NCBI GenBank assembly: GCA_050251945.1
Contig: JBFWLW010000008.1
Coordinates: 32,001 to 96,000, forward strand
Source of the DNA: Deferribacterales bacterium
GTDB taxonomy: Bacteria; Chrysiogenota; Deferribacteres; Deferribacterales; Geovibrionaceae
Length of the DNA: 64,000 bases
Direction: 5' to 3'
Positions 59,342 to 64,000 of this stretch are shown here, in pieces; position 1 is the stretch's first letter; every line of letters starts with the position of its first letter. Under the pieces are notes generated by a model. It was not told the origin of the DNA. It saw only the letters and a list, made by a program, of their open reading frames with translations, and did not search any database. Made by a program: the position numbers and the translations under genes.

Positions 59342-60760
59342 TTAATTCAGATTGAACATCACTGTCTTAAGTTCAGTCATTTCCTCAACCGCAAATCTGG
59401 GACCCTCTCTGCCCGTACCGGAAAGCTTCACACCTCCGTAAGGCATCTGATCCACCCTGAACGTGGGCATATCGTTTATCATAACGCCGCCCACCTCAAG
59501 CCTGTCTATGGCTTTGAAGGCGTTTTGTATATTGTCCGTAAAGATACCCGCCTGAAGTCCGAACTGGGAATCGTTCACCCGTTCGATAACCTCGTCCAGC
59601 GTCTTATATTTCATAATGCACACGACGGGTCCGAAGACCTCCTCGCGCACAATGGTCATTTTTTCATCTGTGTTCTCAAGGACTGTCGCCTCAAGGAGAG
59701 TTCCCTTGCGGTGTCCGCCAACTGCAACAACAGCTCCCTGCGAAACCGCTTCTTTTATCCATCCTTCCGCCCGTACCGCCTCTCTCTCCTCGATCATGGG
59801 ACCAACGAGGGTCTTCTCGTCCTTCGGGTCACCATTGCGGCTGGCTTTAACAGCATCAACAAACATATTGCGGAACTCGTCGTATCTGCTTTCATGGATG
59901 TATATCCTCTGAATGGAGATGCATACCTGACCGCTGTTTGCAAAAGCGCCTATGACGCATTTCGGCACGGCGTAGCGGATATCCGCATCCTCGTGAACTA
60001 TCGCCGCAGAGTTTGAACCAAGCTCCAGAGTAACCTTTTTTATGCCCGCTTTCGCTTTTATGTCCAGTCCCACGGAGGGCGAACCCGTGAACGTTATCAT
60101 GGCTATCTTATCGGATTCAACCATAGTGTTTCCGACAACCGAACCTGAGCCGGCCACAAGGTTTATCCCGCAGGAGGGAAGTCCCGCTTCAAGCAGCAGT
60201 TCCGTGACCTTATGGGCTGTCAGCGGTGTTGTGGACGCAGGTTTCAGCACAATGGGGCATCCTGCCGCTATGGCAGGTCCCACTTTATGCGCAACCAGAT
60301 TCAGAGGAAAATTAAAAGGTGTGATGGCGCCGATAACGCCTATGGGATATCTTTTGAAATATCCGAAACGGTTGGTTCCGGATTCGGAAGCGTCATAGGG
60401 AACAAGCTCCCCGCTCAGTCTGCGCGCCTCGTCTGCGGCAAATTTGAAGTTTTCACCCGTTCTGCCCGCCTCGCCTCTGGCAAACATTATGCCTTTGCCC
60501 GCCTCTGCACAGAGCAGGGCGGCTATCTCTTCCTTATCGCGTTCAATGAGAGCCGCCATGTTGTCCAAAATCTTCCCGCGTCTTGCCGCCGAAAGATGCT
60601 TCATGGTGTCTCTTGCCTCAAATGCCGCGTCTATCGCCTCTTTGGTGAGTTCTGACGATGCCGTGCAGATGGTATCCACAAGGGAACCGTCGTATGGGTT
60701 AAGAACTTCCATATATGTTCCGGTGTCAACCCACTGACCGCCGATGAAAAGTTTTTTCAT
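59342..60760 (-). CDS. NAD(P)-dependent aldehyde dehydrogenase
   Basis: ITPFNFP, FTGS, LELGSN, GQVCIS, EEVFGP, PYGGVKLSG. Confidence 0.95.
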   Translation of the reverse strand: MKKLFIGGQWVDTGTYMEVLNPYDGSLVDTICTASSELTKEAIDAAFEARDTMKHLSAARRGKILDNMAALIERDKEEIAALLCAEAGKGIMFARGEAGRTGENFKFAADEARRLSGELVPYDASESGTNRFGYFKRYPIGVIGAITPFNFPLNLVAHKVGPAIAAGCPIVLKPASTTPLTAHKVTELLLEAGLPSCGINLVAGSGSVVGNTMVESDKIAMITFTGSPSVGLDIKAKAGIKKVTLELGSNSAAIVHEDADIRYAVPKCVIGAFANSGQVCISIQRIYIHESRYDEFRNMFVDAVKASRNGDPKDEKTLVGPMIEEREAVRAEGWIKEAVSQGAVVAVGGHRKGTLLEATVLENTDEKMTIVREEVFGPVVCIMKYKTLDEVIERVNDSQFGLQAGIFTDNIQNAFKAIDRLEVGGVMINDMPTFRVDQMPYGGVKLSGTGREGPRFAVEEMTELKTVMFNLN

Positions 60761-60834
60761 ATGAGCCTCCGTGAACCTATGTTTTATATATAATATTCAA
60801 TATACCGCCATTAACCCACGGAGGCAAACATAAT

Positions 60835-62049
60835 CTATTCGTGTCTGAGCGCGTCTATGGGGTCGAGCCTCGCCGCCTTAAGCGCGGGGAAATATCCGAA
60901 AATAATACCCACCGCAACAGAAAACAGGAACGAAAGCATCACAACCCCGCCGTCAAAAACATACGGCACACTTATCACCGATGAAATTGTATACGACGCA
61001 ACAATGGCTATTATGATACCTATTATACCGCCCATTGATGAAAGAACCACCGCTTCCACAAGAAACTGAAGCAGAACCTCCCTCTCCATCGCGCCGATGG
61101 CAAGCCTGATACCTATCTCGCGCGTGCGCTCCGTAACGGAAACCAGCATAATGTTCATGATACCTATGCCGCCCACAAGAAGGCTCACCGCGGCAACCGC
61201 ACCCAACAGAGCCGTCAGCACCTTTGTAGTGCTGGTGAGCATCTGGGTGATCTCTTTCATGTCCATAACGTTGAAGTCGTTATCCTCGTTGAACGAAAGG
61301 TGCCTGCGTTCGCGCATCACGCTTTCAATATCTGTGGTCGCCCTATCGGTGGACTCGCCGTCCTTCACCGATATCTGTATCATATTTACGTCTTTGCTTC
61401 CCGTCAGCCTGCGCTGTACGGTTTTAAGGGGCATAACGATGACATCGTCCTGATCAGTTCCCATACTGGACTGACCTTTAACGTCAATAAGCCCTATCAC
61501 TTTGCAGGAGAAGGTATTTATTCTTATGGAAAGTCCCAGTGGATCCTGCGCGCCGAACAGTTCTTTGCGCACCGTCTCCCCTATTATGCAGACAGAGCGT
61601 CCGCCGGAAGTCTCAGCTTCCTCAAACATCCGCCCGCTGGTTATCGCCCTGTTCCTTATAGGAAAAAATTCGTTATCGGTTCCGGTGACAGTGGTCTGCC
61701 AGTTGGCGTTGCCATTAACGGCAGTAACTGACGATGACGCTGTCGGGGTTACAGCGGCGACAGAGTTCACCTCGCGTTTGATGGCAATGCTGTCTTCCAT
61801 GGAAAAAGCGGGAGCGGTCGATCTGTCCGGTCCGCCCATCCTTTTTCCCGTGGTAAGAATCAGCATGTTGTTTCCCATGCTGGCTATCTGCTGTGTAACC
61901 TGTTCCGTTGTTCCGTTGCCCACTGTAACAAGTGTTATTACGGCGGCAACACCTATAACTATGCCCAGAACCGTCAGGAATGAACGCAGAACGTTTCTGC
62001 GTATCTCCCGCAGCGCGAGCAGAATTGTATTGAAAAGCATTATTCTCAT
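60835..62049 (-). CDS. MacB/FtsX-family ABC permease
   Basis: RSFLTVLGIVIG, GGIGIMNIMLVSVTERTREIGIR, LDPIDALR. Confidence 0.94.
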   Translation of the reverse strand: MRIMLFNTILLALREIRRNVLRSFLTVLGIVIGVAAVITLVTVGNGTTEQVTQQIASMGNNMLILTTGKRMGGPDRSTAPAFSMEDSIAIKREVNSVAAVTPTASSSVTAVNGNANWQTTVTGTDNEFFPIRNRAITSGRMFEEAETSGGRSVCIIGETVRKELFGAQDPLGLSIRINTFSCKVIGLIDVKGQSSMGTDQDDVIVMPLKTVQRRLTGSKDVNMIQISVKDGESTDRATTDIESVMRERRHLSFNEDNDFNVMDMKEITQMLTSTTKVLTALLGAVAAVSLLVGGIGIMNIMLVSVTERTREIGIRLAIGAMEREVLLQFLVEAVVLSSMGGIIGIIIAIVASYTISSVISVPYVFDGGVVMLSFLFSVAVGIIFGYFPALKAARLDPIDALRHE

Positions 62050-62732
62050 GACACCACCAGCCCGTCTTTGAAATGTACGGAACGCTTTGCGTATCCAGCC
62101 ATTTCAGGTTCGTGGGTGACCATTACAACTGTTATCCCTTTTTTCTGATTAAGCTGTGTCAGAAGCTCCATAATCTCGATGCTTCGGGCTGAATCAAGGT
62201 TTCCGGTTGGTTCATCGGCAAAAAGCACCGAGGGGTCTGTTACGATAGCTCTTGCTATCGCCACCCTTTGCTGCTGACCGCCGGAAAGCTCGTTCGGGTT
62301 GTGCTTCTCCCAGCCTGTCAGCCCCACAAGGTTAAGCGCTCTTTTCGCCGCCTCTTTTCTGTTGGCGGATGAAACGCCTCTGTAAAGGAGCGGAAGCTCA
62401 ACGTTTTCCAGAGCATTGGTTCGGTTTAAAAGGTTAAACCCCTGAAACACGAACCCTATGTAGTTTCTGCGCAGTCTGGCAAGCTGATCGCGCTCCAGTC
62501 CGCACACTTCCAGCCCTCCGAATTTATAAGAACCAGCCGTCGGAGTATCCAGACAGCCGAGGATGTTCATGCAGGTGGATTTTCCTGAACCGCTGGGTCC
62601 CATAACGGCAACGAAATCTCCGCTTTCTATGGTCAGGTCGATGCCGCGCAGTGCGTGCATCTCCGACTGTCCCATTCCGTAGACCTTCGTCACACCCTTA
62701 AGCTGTATCAGCGGTGTGTCTGAATTTCCCAT
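62046..62732 (-). CDS. ABC ATPase (MacB/LolD family)
   Basis: GPSGSGKS, LSGGQQQR, DEPTGNLD. Confidence 0.95.
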   Translation of the reverse strand: MGNSDTPLIQLKGVTKVYGMGQSEMHALRGIDLTIESGDFVAVMGPSGSGKSTCMNILGCLDTPTAGSYKFGGLEVCGLERDQLARLRRNYIGFVFQGFNLLNRTNALENVELPLLYRGVSSANRKEAAKRALNLVGLTGWEKHNPNELSGGQQQRVAIARAIVTDPSVLFADEPTGNLDSARSIEIMELLTQLNQKKGITVVMVTHEPEMAGYAKRSVHFKDGLVVS

Positions 62733-62734
62733 CA

Positions 62735-63997
62735 CTATTCCTTCGCTGTTACAGTGCCGACAACAAGCATATCGCCGGCTTTTATATCGCCCTCTAAAAG
62801 CTCTCTGCTGCTTCCGTTAGATTCGCCTGTCTTAACCTGAACAGGCTCAGGCACACCGTTCACAAGTTTGTAAATAGTCTGCATGCCTTCCTGTTTGACA
62901 ACCTTGGTCTGCTGACCTCTTCTCGGAGGTCTGGGCATCAGCTTGCTTATGAAAGATTCTTTATTTTCGTCCATGGCAGGCGGTGCATAGCGGAACGCTT
63001 CGTTGGGAATCATTACAGCGTCCTTCTGTTCTTTGACGATTATGTCAGCCGTTGCCGTCATCCCCGGGCGCAAAAGTAATTCTTTATTTTCAACTTGGAT
63101 AACAGTGGTGTATGTGACGACGTTGTCTGTTGTCTCTGAACCGTATCTCGCCTGTATTATGTCGCCTTTGAAAACCCTGTCGGGGTACGCGTCAACAGTG
63201 AACTCCGCGCGCATACCGTCGCGCACCTGTCCTATGTCCGCCTCATCCACATCGACGTTAAGCTCCATTTCACGCAGATCCTCTGCCAGTGTAAAAAGTT
63301 CCGGCGCAGAATAGGATGCGGCGATGGTCTGACCAGCCTCGACACTTTTTGTAAGTACTATGCCGTTGACAGGAGAAACAATCTTCGCTTTTACCAGATC
63401 GGTCTGCGCTGATTTAACGTTTGCCCTTGCCTTATCGGCCTGCGCAAATGCTGACGCTGTGTCTGCAACTGCTCTGTCATATTCCGCCTGAGCGGCTTCC
63501 ATGTCGGTTTTTGAAGGTGATTTGCCGCCTGTTATATCATAAAGATTTTTAAGCCTGTTAAGCTTCGCCAGAGTTTCTTTTTCTGTCGCCTGCGACTGAA
63601 GAATGGTCGCTTCCTCAACTTTCAGCGCCGCCAGATACTGAGTAAGCGTACTTTCCAGCTTTGTTGTGTCAAGTTCTGCAAGGAGCTGACCCTTTTGAAC
63701 CACGCTGTTGTAATCCACGTACACGGCTTTTATTGTTCCCGAAAGCTCACTGCTCACTTCAACTTCGTTGGTAGGTTCAATTGTTCCCGTGGCGGATATT
63801 TTAACCGTAAAATTGCCTTTTTCCGCTTTAACAGTCTTAAACTGCGGCATTTCTCCGCGTCCGCCGCCGAAAAACCTCAGCAGCAGTAAAACGACCACAA
63901 CGGCAATGACGCCTGTCCAGATGAGTTTTTTACGACTTTTGCCTTTTTTCCCGCTGCCCACGTTGGCGGCTATATCTGAAGGATTTATATTGCTCAT
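62735..63997 (-). CDS. Periplasmic adaptor/membrane fusion protein (MacA family)
   Basis: N-terminal TM, SELSG...V.KGQLLA lipoyl half, helical hairpin, VDEADIG, LRPGMTA; start at the window edge. Confidence 0.92.
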   Translation of the reverse strand: MSNINPSDIAANVGSGKKGKSRKKLIWTGVIAVVVVLLLLRFFGGGRGEMPQFKTVKAEKGNFTVKISATGTIEPTNEVEVSSELSGTIKAVYVDYNSVVQKGQLLAELDTTKLESTLTQYLAALKVEEATILQSQATEKETLAKLNRLKNLYDITGGKSPSKTDMEAAQAEYDRAVADTASAFAQADKARANVKSAQTDLVKAKIVSPVNGIVLTKSVEAGQTIAASYSAPELFTLAEDLREMELNVDVDEADIGQVRDGMRAEFTVDAYPDRVFKGDIIQARYGSETTDNVVTYTTVIQVENKELLLRPGMTATADIIVKEQKDAVMIPNEAFRYAPPAMDENKESFISKLMPRPPRRGQQTKVVKQEGMQTIYKLVNGVPEPVQVKTGESNGSSRELLEGDIKAGDMLVVGTVTAKE

Positions 63998-64000
63998 TTA

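Overview
Gene-dense window from the chromosome of an anaerobic Gram-negative bacterium. Gene content and style suggest Deferribacterota, but that is inference and has not been verified. From left to right: an NtrC-type two-component pair divergent from a sigma54-driven chemosensory operon (RR, MCP, STAS, cheY, cheA, MCP, cheW, cheR, cheD, cheB, HisKA_2 kinase); two convergent diguanylate cyclases; metabolic genes (YqhD-like ADH, NfnAB/SudAB-like pair, OYE, MFS); a VapBC module; a System I* cytochrome c maturation operon (ccmEFABC plus an unannotated ccmD) with ccdA; a three-gene exported caspase-family operon; an MSHA/T4P-like secretion cluster split by proS and an M23 peptidase; hemerythrin, a tetraheme cytochrome, hemW, kdsA, an aldehyde dehydrogenase and a MacAB-type exporter. 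No rRNA, tRNA, CRISPR array or transposase was seen. Three observations stand out. (1) A lipoprotein PDZ-caspase is encoded next to a protease-less lipoprotein paralog that shares its N-terminal domain and ~50-aa C-terminal tail, followed by a DUF4384 partner. (2) An unannotated 58-aa membrane ORF between the 57.1-59.2 kb gene and kdsA has an in-frame UGA and a perfect downstream hairpin, making it a candidate selenoprotein. (3) Six paired REP-like intergenic elements have 12 arms that all show compensatory stem covariation and always pair as two different variants.
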